Assembly (NCBI GenBank): GCA_963762145.1
Contig: CAVXJS010000011.1
Coordinates: 640,001 to 704,000 of the forward strand
Source: an uncultured Candidatus Rokubacteria bacterium
Lineage (GTDB): Bacteria; Methylomirabilota; Methylomirabilia; Rokubacteriales; CSP1-6
DNA length: 64,000 bases
Reading direction: 5' to 3'
Shown here: positions 9,351 to 19,683 of the stretch, piece by piece
How the letters are laid out: each line of letters starts with the position of its first letter
Numbering within the stretch: the first letter of the stretch is position 1
Notes under the pieces: model-generated
Told to the model about the DNA's origin: nothing
The model's database searches: none
Seen by the model: the letters and a program-made list of their open reading frames with translations, nothing else
Position numbers and translations under genes: made by a program

Positions 9351-10134
9351 GTGGAGCGGATCTCGAGCGCCTGGCCGATCTCGTCGCGACCTCTTCGCGT
9401 ATCGTTGCTTTCACCGGCGCCGGGGTCAGCACCGAGTCCGGCATCCCGGACTTCCGCAGTCCGGGGGAATCTGGGATCGCTTCGATCCCCGCGAGTTCAC
9501 CTTCCAGAACTTCATGGCGAGCGACGGCGGCCGCCGCCGCTACTGGGAGCTCGGCCGCACCACCTTCCCGGTGATCCGCCGCGCCGAGCCCAACCCGGCG
9601 CACCACGCGCTGGTGAGCCTCTGGCGGCTCGGCAAGCTCGACTGCGTGATCACGCAGAACATCGACAACCTCCACCAGCGGGCCGGGCTCCCCGAGGACC
9701 GCGTGATCGAGCTGCACGGCAACGCGACCCGCGCCCGGTGCCTCACGTGCGAGCGCGCCTGGGATCGCGAGCGCGTGCAGGAGTGGCTGGAGGCGGGCGT
9801 GGCGGTGCCGCTCTGCGACCCGCCGTGCGGCGGCATCATCAAGCCCCGCACCGTCATGTTCGGGGAGGCCATGCCCCGGCGCGAGATGGAAGAGGCGGAG
9901 CGTCGCGCGCGGGCCGCGGACCTCCTCGTGGTGGTGGGCTCGTCCCTGGTCGTCTACCCCGCCGCCTACATGCCGCTCCACGCCAAGCACGCGGGCGCGG
10001 CGCTCGCGATCGTGAACCTGACCGACACCCCGCACGACGGCCAGGCGGACCTGGTGGTCCGGGGCAGCGCGGCCGCCGTGCTGGCCGCGGTCACCGCCCG
10101 GCTCGAGCCGCGGCCGGCCGCGCGCCGAGCATGA
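9347..10134 (+). CDS. cobB: NAD-dependent protein deacylase (Sir2/CobB family); 1-nt frameshift in a G run near 9465
   Basis: TGAGVSTESGIPDFRSPG / GIWDRFDP, TQNIDNLH, ELHGN, CxxC..CxxxC, GSSLVVYPAA; adding one G to ccgggggaatc restores the frame. Confidence 0.9.
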
Positions 10135-10898
10135 CCGCCGCGCTCGTCGAGCACCTCCTCCAGGGCCGCCTGGGCCGCGCCCCGGGGCGGCCGGTCGGCG
10201 AGCTCGCGCCGGACCTGACGCTCCCGCAGGCCTACGCGCTGCAGCGGCAGCTCGAGGAGGCGCTGGTCGGCCGGGGGGAGCGCGTTGTCGGCTACAAGGT
10301 GGGCTTCACCACCGCCGCGCTCCAGGAGCGCTACGGCGTGACCGAGCCGGTGCTGGGCTTCATGCTCGCTTCCGGCGTCTTCGGCAGCGGTGACGTGGTG
10401 CCGCTCGCGCGGTTCTTCGCCATCGGGGTCGAGGTCGAGGTCGCCTTCCTGCTGAGGTCGGAGCTCGCCGGCCCGGGTGTGACCCCCGCGTCCGCCCTGC
10501 TGGCGGTGGAGGGCGCGATGCCCGCCTTCGAGCTGATCGACTTCCGGCTGAGCGGCACCCCGCGGGGGATCGACATCGTCGCGGACGGGGTCTACACCAA
10601 CGGCATCGTCCTCGGCCGCCCCATCACCGCGGTGGCGGGCCTCGACCTGGCGCTCGAAGGCGTGGTCTTCGAGCAGGACGGCCAGATCGTCGCCACCCAG
10701 ACCGCGGCCGAGGTGCTGGGCAACCCGCTCGTGTCCCTCGCGTGGGCCGCGAACGCCCTCGGCAAGATGGGGCGCGGCCTTCGCGCGGGCGACCTCGTGC
10801 TCACCGGCTCGATCTCGAAAGTGCTGCGCCCCACGGCCGGGCAATCGATGCGCGCTTCCTTTACGCGCCTTGGGTCTGTGGGCTGTCGCTTCGCGTGA
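10131..10898 (+). CDS. 2-keto-4-pentenoate hydratase / FAH-superfamily protein
   Basis: AYALQ, GYKVGFT, EVEVAF, ELID, LGNPL, GDLVLTGS. Confidence 0.88.
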   Translation: MTAALVEHLLQGRLGRAPGRPVGELAPDLTLPQAYALQRQLEEALVGRGERVVGYKVGFTTAALQERYGVTEPVLGFMLASGVFGSGDVVPLARFFAIGVEVEVAFLLRSELAGPGVTPASALLAVEGAMPAFELIDFRLSGTPRGIDIVADGVYTNGIVLGRPITAVAGLDLALEGVVFEQDGQIVATQTAAEVLGNPLVSLAWAANALGKMGRGLRAGDLVLTGSISKVLRPTAGQSMRASFTRLGSVGCRFA

Positions 10899-10926
10899 GC
10901 CGGCTAGCGACCGGAAGCTTCTCGTC

Positions 10927-10964
10927 ATATGCGGGGGCCCAGAAATGGCCCCTGCACTCCCCCA
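10927..10964. repeat. Intergenic GC-rich palindrome (REP-like)
   Basis: TGCGGGGGCC-CAGAAAT-GGCCCCTGCA imperfect hairpin followed by CTCCCCCA. Confidence 0.4.
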
Positions 10965-11043
10965 CAGGCGGACATTTCGTCTCCTGCCGGGCTGCCGGCT
11001 CGCCGCGCCGGTTTCTACGGCTCCGGCTCCCGCCGGCCTGAGC

Positions 11044-11649
11044 ATGCCCTCCGACCCGTTGGATCTCGAAAGCCTGCGCCGCCTTCTTGACGCGGGGTTG
11101 AGCCGGCGGCCGCGGGTGGCGCTGGACCGGAGCGATCTGGTGTCGGCGGCGGTGCTGGTGCCGGTGACCGATCACGATGGGCCCCACGTGCTCTTCACCA
11201 AGAAGACGGCGGGCGTGCCGCATCACAAAGGGCAGTTCTCGTTTCCGGGCGGCGTCGTCGAGCAGCGCGACGGCTCGCGGGTGGAGACCGCGCTGCGGGA
11301 GGCGTGGGAGGAGATCCGATTGCCCGCCGAGGCGGTCGAGGTGCTCGGGCTCCTCGACGACACGGAGACGCGCGCCACCAACTTCATCATCACCCCGGTG
11401 GTCGGCATCGTCCGGGACCCCGTCGACTTCGCCCCGGACGGCCGCGAGATCGAGCGCGTGCTGGAGGTGCCGCTCACCACGCTGCGGGATCCGGCCATCT
11501 TCCGCACCGAGATCTGGGAGCGCAACGGCGTGCCGCACCCGGTGCTGTTCTATCAGGTCTCGGGCGAGGACGTGATCTGGGGCGCGACGGCGCGCATCCT
11601 GAGCCAGTTCCTCGAGCTGCTCGACGGGCCCGGAGCGCCCGCGCCGTGA
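11044..11649 (+). CDS. CoA pyrophosphatase (Nudix, NudL-like)
   Basis: AAVLVP, HKGQFSFPGG, ALREAWEEI Nudix box, IWGATARIL. Confidence 0.9.
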   Translation: MPSDPLDLESLRRLLDAGLSRRPRVALDRSDLVSAAVLVPVTDHDGPHVLFTKKTAGVPHHKGQFSFPGGVVEQRDGSRVETALREAWEEIRLPAEAVEVLGLLDDTETRATNFIITPVVGIVRDPVDFAPDGREIERVLEVPLTTLRDPAIFRTEIWERNGVPHPVLFYQVSGEDVIWGATARILSQFLELLDGPGAPAP

Positions 11650-12443
11650 GCGGGCCGGCGTCGCCGGGTCCCGTTCTGCTGGTGGCCGTCGACGAGGGGG
11701 TGGCGCGCGTCACCCTCAATCGACCCGAGGTGCGGAACGCGCTCAACGCGGCCCTGCTCGGTGAGCTCGAGGCCGCGCTGCGCCGGCTCGAGGACGATGA
11801 CGCGGCGCGGGTGATCGTCCTGCGCGGGGCGGGAGACCGGGCGTTCTGCGCGGGCGCCGATCTCAGGCACGTCGGCGACCGCGGCACCACACTGCAGGCG
11901 CGCGAGTCCTTCGGCGGTCTCGCGCGCATCCTGGAGCTCATGGCGCGGATGCGGACGCCGGTCATCGCCCGGGTCCACGGCTACGCGCTGGCCGGTGGCT
12001 GCGGGCTCGCCGCGGGGTCGGACATCGTCATCGCCTCGGACGACGCGGTCTTCGGCCTGCCCGAGATCAAGGTCGGCCTCCTCCCGCTGATCGTGATGGC
12101 GCCGATCCTTCGCGCGGTCGGTCGCAAGCGCGGGATGCTCATGATCCTGAGCGGCGCGCCGGTCTCGGCCCGGGAGGCCCTCGAGATGGGCCTGGTGAGC
12201 CGGATCGTGCCGCGCGCGGATCTCGACGCGGAGGTGGACGCGCTGGCCCGGACCCTGGCCGGCTACTCGCCGACCGCGCTCGGCCTGGCCAAGGAGGCCG
12301 CGGCCACCGCGCCGGACATGGAGTACGGGGCGGCGCTCCGCTACCTGCGCGAGCTCATCACCCTGGTGGCGCTCTCCGACGACGCCCGCGAGGGCATCGC
12401 CGCGTTCTTCGACAAGCGCCCCCCGCGCTTCACCGGGCGCTAG
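11646..12443 (+). CDS. Enoyl-CoA hydratase/isomerase family protein
   Basis: VTLNRPEVRNAL, AFCAGADL, GYALAGGCGL, FGLPEIKVG, DAREGIAAF. Confidence 0.92.
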   Translation: MSGPASPGPVLLVAVDEGVARVTLNRPEVRNALNAALLGELEAALRRLEDDDAARVIVLRGAGDRAFCAGADLRHVGDRGTTLQARESFGGLARILELMARMRTPVIARVHGYALAGGCGLAAGSDIVIASDDAVFGLPEIKVGLLPLIVMAPILRAVGRKRGMLMILSGAPVSAREALEMGLVSRIVPRADLDAEVDALARTLAGYSPTALGLAKEAAATAPDMEYGAALRYLRELITLVALSDDAREGIAAFFDKRPPRFTGR

Positions 12444-12445
12444 TC

Positions 12446-12634
12446 ATTCCGCCGGTCCGGGAGCCGGGCCTGTGCGCGACGTGCGTGGAGGCGCGCCGCG
12501 TCGTATCGGCGCGCGGGTCGGAGTTCTGGCTCTGCGCCCGCGCCGCTCGTGACCCGGCGTTTGCGAAGTATCCGCGGCTCCCCGTGCTACGCTGTCCGGG
12601 ATATCAGCCCGGGTCTCCGGAGGTCGAAGCGTGA
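12446..12634 (+). CDS. Small four-cysteine hypothetical protein (not in the ORF track; no canonical start)
   Basis: GLCATCVEARRVVSARGSEFWLCARAARDPAFAKYPRLPVLRCPGYQP; fills the gap between ech and fecR; stop overlaps the fecR GTG (GTGA). Confidence 0.7.
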   Translation: MPPVREPGLCATCVEARRVVSARGSEFWLCARAARDPAFAKYPRLPVLRCPGYQPGSPEVEA

Positions 12635-13305
12635 TCAAGATCATGTGGACGACGGGTCTCCTCATCGGGCTAACCGGGGGGCTCATCGCCGGCTCCGCCT
12701 GGGCGCAGCCGGCCGAGCTTCCGGCCCAGGTCGTGACGCTCGGCGGGCCCGCGGAGCTCCACAAGAAGGGCGCCCGCACCTGGAGTCCCGCCGGACTTCG
12801 TGACGAGCTGGATGCCGGCGACAGCGTGCGCACCCAGGTGGGCGGGCGGGTCACGCTCAAGACCGCCAGTGGACAGGCGCTGCGGCTCGGCTCCCGCTCC
12901 CAGGCGGTCATTCTCGCGCCCGAGACCGAGGCCGGCCCCACGCGGATTCGCCTGGACAATGGCTGGCTCTGGGTCGCGGTGTCGCCCAATAGCCCGCCGC
13001 CCACCCAGGTCGAGGTCCGTGCGGGCTCGGGCGTCATCACGGTTCGCGGGGCGGGGGTCGGGCTTCGCCGCGGCCCCGACGGCAGCGTCCTGGTCCAGGT
13101 CCATCACGGAACCGCCGTGTGCGCGGGGCCGGAGAAGCAGTGGGAGCGCACGCTGAACGGGCCGCTGGAGCTGCTGATCCCGGCGTCCGGCATGCCGGGG
13201 GCCCCCGGGCCGCTGACCGTCGACAAGCTCGAGTGGACCTGGGTGAAGTGGAACGCGGACCAGGACCTCGCGGGCGGATACGGCGGCGCGAAGCCCGCGC
13301 CGTGA
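12631..13305 (+). CDS. FecR-domain secreted protein
   Basis: Signal peptide; LDAGDSVRT, LRLGSRS, IRLDNGWLW, VITVRG, VQVHHG. Confidence 0.8.
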   Translation: MIKIMWTTGLLIGLTGGLIAGSAWAQPAELPAQVVTLGGPAELHKKGARTWSPAGLRDELDAGDSVRTQVGGRVTLKTASGQALRLGSRSQAVILAPETEAGPTRIRLDNGWLWVAVSPNSPPPTQVEVRAGSGVITVRGAGVGLRRGPDGSVLVQVHHGTAVCAGPEKQWERTLNGPLELLIPASGMPGAPGPLTVDKLEWTWVKWNADQDLAGGYGGAKPAP

Positions 13306-14168
13306 GCCTCGACGCCCTCGTCGTCGGTACCGCGCTGCCGGAGTACCGCGTCAGCGCCACCCCGACCCACGACCCGTGGGAGAACAAGATCCACGAGGAC
13401 GGGCTGGCCCGGGCGTTCGGGTTCCGGGGCGGCCTCGTTCCCGGCGTGACCGTGTACTCCTGGATGACGCATCCGGTGGTGGCCGCGCTCGGCGGAGCGT
13501 GGCTCGACCATGGCACCTTCTCGGTGCGCTTTGCCAGGCCGGTCTACTTCGGTGAGACGGTGACCGTCCGGGCCAGCGTCGCGGCCCACTCGAAGGACGA
13601 GGTCACCATCCAGACGCGGGTGGTGAACGAGCAGGACGAGGTGTGCGCGACCGCGACCATGGGCCTGCCCCTGGGCCCACTCCTGCCGCTGCCGGACCCG
13701 GCCGCGTACCCGGCCGCCGCCCTGCCCGCGGAGCGCCCGCTCGCGAGCCGCGCCTACCTCGAGCAGCGCCCCGTGCTGGGCACCCCGCAGCTCATCCTCG
13801 AGCGCGCGGTGGCGGACGCGTTCCTGACCAAGGTCAGCGAGAAGCTCTCCATGTACCGCGAGGCCGACGGGCCCGCCCATCCCGGAATCTACCTCGAGCA
13901 GGCCAACCGCGCGCTCGACCGGAACGTGCGGGTCAGCCCGTGGATCCACGTGGAGAGCCACGGCCAGCACCTGAGCGTGCCGCGCGTGCACGAGCGGCTC
14001 GAGACGCGCGCCAAGGTGAAGAGCCTCTTCCAGGGCAAGGGACACGAGTTCGTGGAGCTGGACCTGCTCCTGCTGGCCGAGGGCGCCCGGGCGGTGGCCT
14101 CGATCCGCCACGTGGCCATCTACCAGCTCCGGCCGTCGGCCGCGACGTCGGCCCCAGACCACGGATGA
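13302..14168 (+). CDS. Double hot-dog (MaoC-like) dehydratase
   Basis: ENKIHEDGLARAFGFRGGLVPGVTVY, VRFARPVYFGE, second domain PWIHVES. Confidence 0.8.
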   Translation: MSLDALVVGTALPEYRVSATPTHDPWENKIHEDGLARAFGFRGGLVPGVTVYSWMTHPVVAALGGAWLDHGTFSVRFARPVYFGETVTVRASVAAHSKDEVTIQTRVVNEQDEVCATATMGLPLGPLLPLPDPAAYPAAALPAERPLASRAYLEQRPVLGTPQLILERAVADAFLTKVSEKLSMYREADGPAHPGIYLEQANRALDRNVRVSPWIHVESHGQHLSVPRVHERLETRAKVKSLFQGKGHEFVELDLLLLAEGARAVASIRHVAIYQLRPSAATSAPDHG

Positions 14169-14172
14169 TCGG

Positions 14173-15564
<1,392 letters not shown>

Positions 15565-15579
15565 ACCCCTCTGGCGGCG

Positions 15580-15591
15580 CCACTATAGTGG
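15580..15591. promoter_or_regulatory. Candidate upstream activator site (perfect palindrome)
   Basis: CCACTATAGTGG, about 130 bp upstream of the -24 element. Confidence 0.45.
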
Positions 15592-15717
15592 TCGCGCCAT
15601 AGTTCTGGATTCCTCGCGATACCAGGCCTCTTCGATCGCTCTCCCCGGCCGGGGTTGTTCCTCTCCAAGCTCCTGAAAAGACGGGCTGACTTTCCACCGC
15701 ACCCCGCCCAGCGAAGA

Positions 15718-15732
15718 TGGCATCGCCCTTGC
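15718..15732 (+). promoter_or_regulatory. Sigma54 -24/-12 promoter
   Basis: TGGCAT-CGCCC-TTGC matches TGGCAC-N5-TTGC spacing; followed by a GGAGGAGG RBS and ATG 15781. Confidence 0.75.
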
Positions 15733-15780
15733 CCTCTCATGGCAGGCCGGCATATCAGCGAGCCATGGAGGAGGGTGCAT

Positions 15781-16111
15781 ATGGGGACGGTCGAGGACGT
15801 ATTGCCCTGGATCTCTAGCCTGGATATGGGAGCGCTGTCGCGAGCGTCGCTGACCGGCACACTCGCCAAGCCCGCCGCCGCCGCGGCCGGCGCCTCGCCC
15901 GATGGAGGCGCGCGCGCAGGTCGGCACCTGCTCCCTCCGCCAGATCGTGAACGGCGCAGTGGCCGACGCGGAGGGCGACGCGATCCGGCGCGCGCTCATG
16001 GCCACCGTTGGCAACAAGAGCCAGGCCGCGCGGCTGCTCAGGACCAACTACACGACGCTGCACGCGAAGATGAAGCGCTACGGCATCTCCGCCGCGGAGT
16101 TCCAGGGGTAG
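15781..16111 (+). CDS. Stand-alone Fis-type HTH protein (copy of the adjacent regulator's DNA-binding domain); start 15902, or 15781 via a frameshift
   Basis: ORF 15902-16111: IRRALMATVGNKSQAARLLRTNYTTLHAKMKRYGISA versus regulator IRHALQATKGNKSQAARLLRTDYTTLHAKMKRYAISA. The strong RBS serves ATG 15781 in another frame. Confidence 0.75.
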
Positions 16112-16146
16112 GGGCGATCGCCGATGTCAATCTCTCGGGGGGGCTG

Positions 16147-18642
16147 GTGAGCGGCGTCGGGCAGGGCAACACGCGGCTCGCGCCCACGGCGCCGCGGTCC
16201 ACCGGGCCGGAGGCGGTGACGCCCGCGGTCTGGACCGGCGGACCGGGCCGGCTGTTGCTCGACGCGCTGCCCGCCATGACCGTGATCGTGGACCACCGGG
16301 GCGACATCGTGGCCGCCAACGAGGCCTGGCGGCGCTTCGGCCGCGAGAACGGCGCGCGGCCCGCGGTGGCCGAGGGGGTGGGCCAGAACTACTTCGAGAT
16401 CTGCCGCGACGTGGCGCCGGTCGGATGCCCGCCCGGCAAGCGGGCGGCCGCCGGCATCACCCGGGTGCTGCGGCGCGAGCTGCCGAGCTTCACGCTCGAC
16501 TACGCCTGCCACCGCCCGGACGCGCAGCGCTGGTTCATGCTGACCGTGACGTCGCTCGAGAGCGGCGCGGTGATCGCCCATACCGACATCACCGCCCGCC
16601 GACGCACCGAGATGTCGGCGGCCGCCCTGATCGAGACCGGCCGCGAGCTCGCGGGCGGCCTCGAGCCGGCGGAGGTGGCGCGGCAGATCGCGTCCTCCGT
16701 GGTGCGCGTGTTCGGCGCCCAGCACTCGACGCTCTACCGGCTCGAGCGCGAGGCGGGACGGCTCGTCTGCATCGCGGCGGCGGGGCTCGGTGACGAGGCG
16801 GAGTGGCGCGGCCAGGCCTTCCTGCCCGGGGAGGGCATCGTGGGTCGCGCGGTGGCGGAGGAGCGGAGCGTGTGGACGCCCGACGTGCTCGCGGATCAGA
16901 AGATCAACCTGCCCGCGTGGGCGGCCGACCGGATCCGCGCCGTCGGGTACCGCTCGGTGCTCGCGGTCCCGCTGAAGGCGGGCGATCGCGTGATCGGGGT
17001 GCTGAGCCTGGGCGACGTGGCCGGCCGGACCTATACGGAGGACGAGCTGGCGCTGCTGGCCGCCTTCGTGGGGCAGGGCGCGGTGGCGCTGGAGAACTCG
17101 GCGCTCTACCGCGAGATCCGCAACGCGCGCGACTTTCTCCAGTCCATCACCGAGAACTCCCCCGACGCGATCATCACCACCGACCGGGAGGGCCGCGTCA
17201 CCTACTTCAGCCGGGGCGCGGAGGCGATGTTCGGCTGCCGGGCGGAGGAGATGATCGGCACCTCGGTCGTGGACATGTATCCGGGCGGTCTCGAGGAGGC
17301 CCGCAGCGTGAAGCGGCGGGTGGACCAGGACGGCCTGCTGCGCAACTACGAGAGCGGCTTCGTGGCCCGGGACGGCCGTCGTGTCGAGATCAGCGCGTCC
17401 ATCTCGGTGCTCCGCGACGCGACCGGGACCGCGGTCGGCACGCTCGGCCTCCTCAAGGACATCGGGGAGCGGCGGCAGCTCGAGGAGCAGCTCCGCCAGT
17501 CCCAGAAGATGGACGCGATCGGCCGGCTCGCGGGCGGCATCGCGCACGACTTCAACAACCTGCTCACCGTCATCGCGGGGCGCGCCCAGATGATCCTGGG
17601 GCGCCTGCGCCCGGAGGAGCCGATCCACCGCGACGCCACGCTGGTGCGCACCACCGCGGACCGCGCGGCCGCGCTCACCCACCAGCTGCTGGCCTTCAGC
17701 CGCAAGCAGGTGCTGCAGCCGCAGGTGCTCGATCTGAACGCGGTGACGACCGCCATGGAGCCCATGCTGAGGCGGCTCATCGGCGAGGACATCGAGCTCG
17801 CGGTGGTGCCGGCGGCGGGTCTGGACTGCGTCCGGGCGGACCCCGGCCAGATCGAGCAGGTCATCGTCAACCTGGCGGTCAACGCCCGCGATGCGATGCC
17901 GCAGGGCGGGCGGCTCACCATCGAGACCGCGAACGTGGAGCTGGACGAGGCGTACGCGAAGCGGCACGTCTCCGTTCCCGCCGGCCAGTACGTGATGCTG
18001 GCGGTCAGCGACACCGGCTCGGGCATGGACGAGCAGACGTGCTCGCGGGTCTTCGAGCCGTTCTTCACCACCAAGGAGACCGGGAAGGGCACCGGCCTGG
18101 GGCTCGCCACCGTCTACGGCATCGTGAAGCAGAGCGGCGGCGACATCCGCCTCTACAGCGAGGTCGGCGTCGGGACCACCTTCAAGGTCTACCTGCCGCG
18201 AGTCGCCGAGAGGGTCTCAGCGTCCGAGCCGCCCGCCAGCGCGATCGTGCCCCGGGGAGACGAGACGGTGCTGCTGGTGGAGGACGAGCCGGAGGTGCGC
18301 GACCTGGCCCGGGAGATCCTCGAGGAGAACGGCTACACCGTGCTCCAGGCCTGCGACGCCCAGGAGGCCGTGCTCATGGCCGAGCGCCATGGGGGCCCGA
18401 TCGGGCTGCTCCTCACCGACGTCATCATGCCGCGCCAGAGCGGTCGCGCGCTCGTGGAGCGGCTGCGGCCGCTTCGCCCGGAGATGCAGGTCCTGTACAT
18501 GTCGGGGTACACCAACGAGGCCATCGTGCGGCACGGGGTGCTCGATCCCGACACCCTCTTCATCCAGAAGCCGTTCAGCCCGGCCGCCCTCGGACACAAG
18601 GTGCGGGCGGCCCTCGACGGCTCCCCCCGCTTTCTCTCCTGA
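16147..18642 (+). CDS. PAS-GAF-PAS hybrid sensor histidine kinase (CckA-like, C-terminal REC)
   Basis: GRLAGGIAHDFNNLL H-box, NLAVNARDAM, DTGSGM, EPFFTTK..GTGLGL, REC (VEDE, LTDVIMP, QKPF); start uncertain. Confidence 0.92.
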   Translation: MSGVGQGNTRLAPTAPRSTGPEAVTPAVWTGGPGRLLLDALPAMTVIVDHRGDIVAANEAWRRFGRENGARPAVAEGVGQNYFEICRDVAPVGCPPGKRAAAGITRVLRRELPSFTLDYACHRPDAQRWFMLTVTSLESGAVIAHTDITARRRTEMSAAALIETGRELAGGLEPAEVARQIASSVVRVFGAQHSTLYRLEREAGRLVCIAAAGLGDEAEWRGQAFLPGEGIVGRAVAEERSVWTPDVLADQKINLPAWAADRIRAVGYRSVLAVPLKAGDRVIGVLSLGDVAGRTYTEDELALLAAFVGQGAVALENSALYREIRNARDFLQSITENSPDAIITTDREGRVTYFSRGAEAMFGCRAEEMIGTSVVDMYPGGLEEARSVKRRVDQDGLLRNYESGFVARDGRRVEISASISVLRDATGTAVGTLGLLKDIGERRQLEEQLRQSQKMDAIGRLAGGIAHDFNNLLTVIAGRAQMILGRLRPEEPIHRDATLVRTTADRAAALTHQLLAFSRKQVLQPQVLDLNAVTTAMEPMLRRLIGEDIELAVVPAAGLDCVRADPGQIEQVIVNLAVNARDAMPQGGRLTIETANVELDEAYAKRHVSVPAGQYVMLAVSDTGSGMDEQTCSRVFEPFFTTKETGKGTGLGLATVYGIVKQSGGDIRLYSEVGVGTTFKVYLPRVAERVSASEPPASAIVPRGDETVLLVEDEPEVRDLAREILEENGYTVLQACDAQEAVLMAERHGGPIGLLLTDVIMPRQSGRALVERLRPLRPEMQVLYMSGYTNEAIVRHGVLDPDTLFIQKPFSPAALGHKVRAALDGSPRFLS

Positions 18643-18679
18643 GACTTCGGTTATGCGGGCGGCGTCGGCCGCCCGCCCT

Positions 18680-19642
18680 TTAGGGCCACCACAGATAGAG
18701 GAAGCGGGGCCCGCCGCCGCCGAGGGTGGCCGCGAACTGGGCCAGCGTGCTTTCCGCGGTGGACGGGGGCGGCGTCAGCGAGTAGATGTTGGCGCGGTAC
18801 TCCTTGGGGCGGTGGTACATGACGACCTTCGCCTCGTCCAGGCCGGCCCGCTCCTTCGCCAGCGCCACCACGTCCTCGAGATAGCCGATCCGATCCACCA
18901 GCCCCATCCGGAGCGCCTGGTCCGCGGTGTAGACGCGCCCGTCGGCGAAGCCACGCACCCGGTCCTCCGGCATCTTGCGCGACTGGGCGATCAGGCCGAC
19001 GAAGCGCCCGTACATGTCGTCGATGATGCCCTGGAACACCGCGCGCTCCGGCTCGGTGAGCGAGCGGAAGGGTGAGCCCGCGTCCTTCATCGGCCCCGAC
19101 TTGATGGCGAGCGGCGCGACCCCGATCTTCTCGAGGAGGCCCTGCGCGTTCACCGTGATCATCACCACCCCGATGCTCCCGGTGATGGTGGTCGGGTTGA
19201 CCACGATGGTGTCGGCGGCGAGCGCCGCGTAGTAGCCGCCCGAGGCACCCACGTCCATGATGGCCGCGATCACCGGGATCTTCTTGCGCGCCTTGAAGGT
19301 GAGCAGCTCGTGGTAGAGGATGTCGGACGCGGTGATGGTCCCGCCCGGGCTGTTGATCCGCACGATGAGCGCCTTCACGCGCTCGTCGCTCTCGGCCTTC
19401 TGCAGCTCCTCCCGCACCCGGGCCAGCAGCGGGACGCGTGGCGGCGGCGTGGTGATCGAGAAGCTGGTCACGTCCTCGGAGAGCACGCCGGACAGGTCCA
19501 GGAGCAGGATCTTGCTCGTCCCCTTGCCCTCCACCGTCTGCTCCTCGAGCGGGCGGATCCGGGGCTGGAAGTCGAGCGTGACGAGGGAGCAGCCGGACAA
19601 GGCGACCAGGGCGGTGAGCGCGAGCGTGACGAGCCGAAGCAT
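18680..19642 (-). CDS. sppA: Signal peptide peptidase SppA (S49), lipoprotein
   Basis: LSGC lipobox; RINSPGG, ASGGYY, TGSIGV, KSGPMKD, ADGRVYTA. Confidence 0.92.
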   Translation of the reverse strand: MLRLVTLALTALVALSGCSLVTLDFQPRIRPLEEQTVEGKGTSKILLLDLSGVLSEDVTSFSITTPPPRVPLLARVREELQKAESDERVKALIVRINSPGGTITASDILYHELLTFKARKKIPVIAAIMDVGASGGYYAALAADTIVVNPTTITGSIGVVMITVNAQGLLEKIGVAPLAIKSGPMKDAGSPFRSLTEPERAVFQGIIDDMYGRFVGLIAQSRKMPEDRVRGFADGRVYTADQALRMGLVDRIGYLEDVVALAKERAGLDEAKVVMYHRPKEYRANIYSLTPPPSTAESTLAQFAATLGGGGPRFLYLWWP

Positions 19643-19683
19643 GGCTGCAGTATACGGCCGCGGCGGCCGCGACGAGCGGAAGC

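Noticed and set aside
9455-9475. Programmed frameshift or phase variation in the sirtuin (also leuD, queF, ychF)
   Set aside because: A single missing base in a short G run or GC tract is the usual long-read error; no slippery heptamer or long SSR is present.
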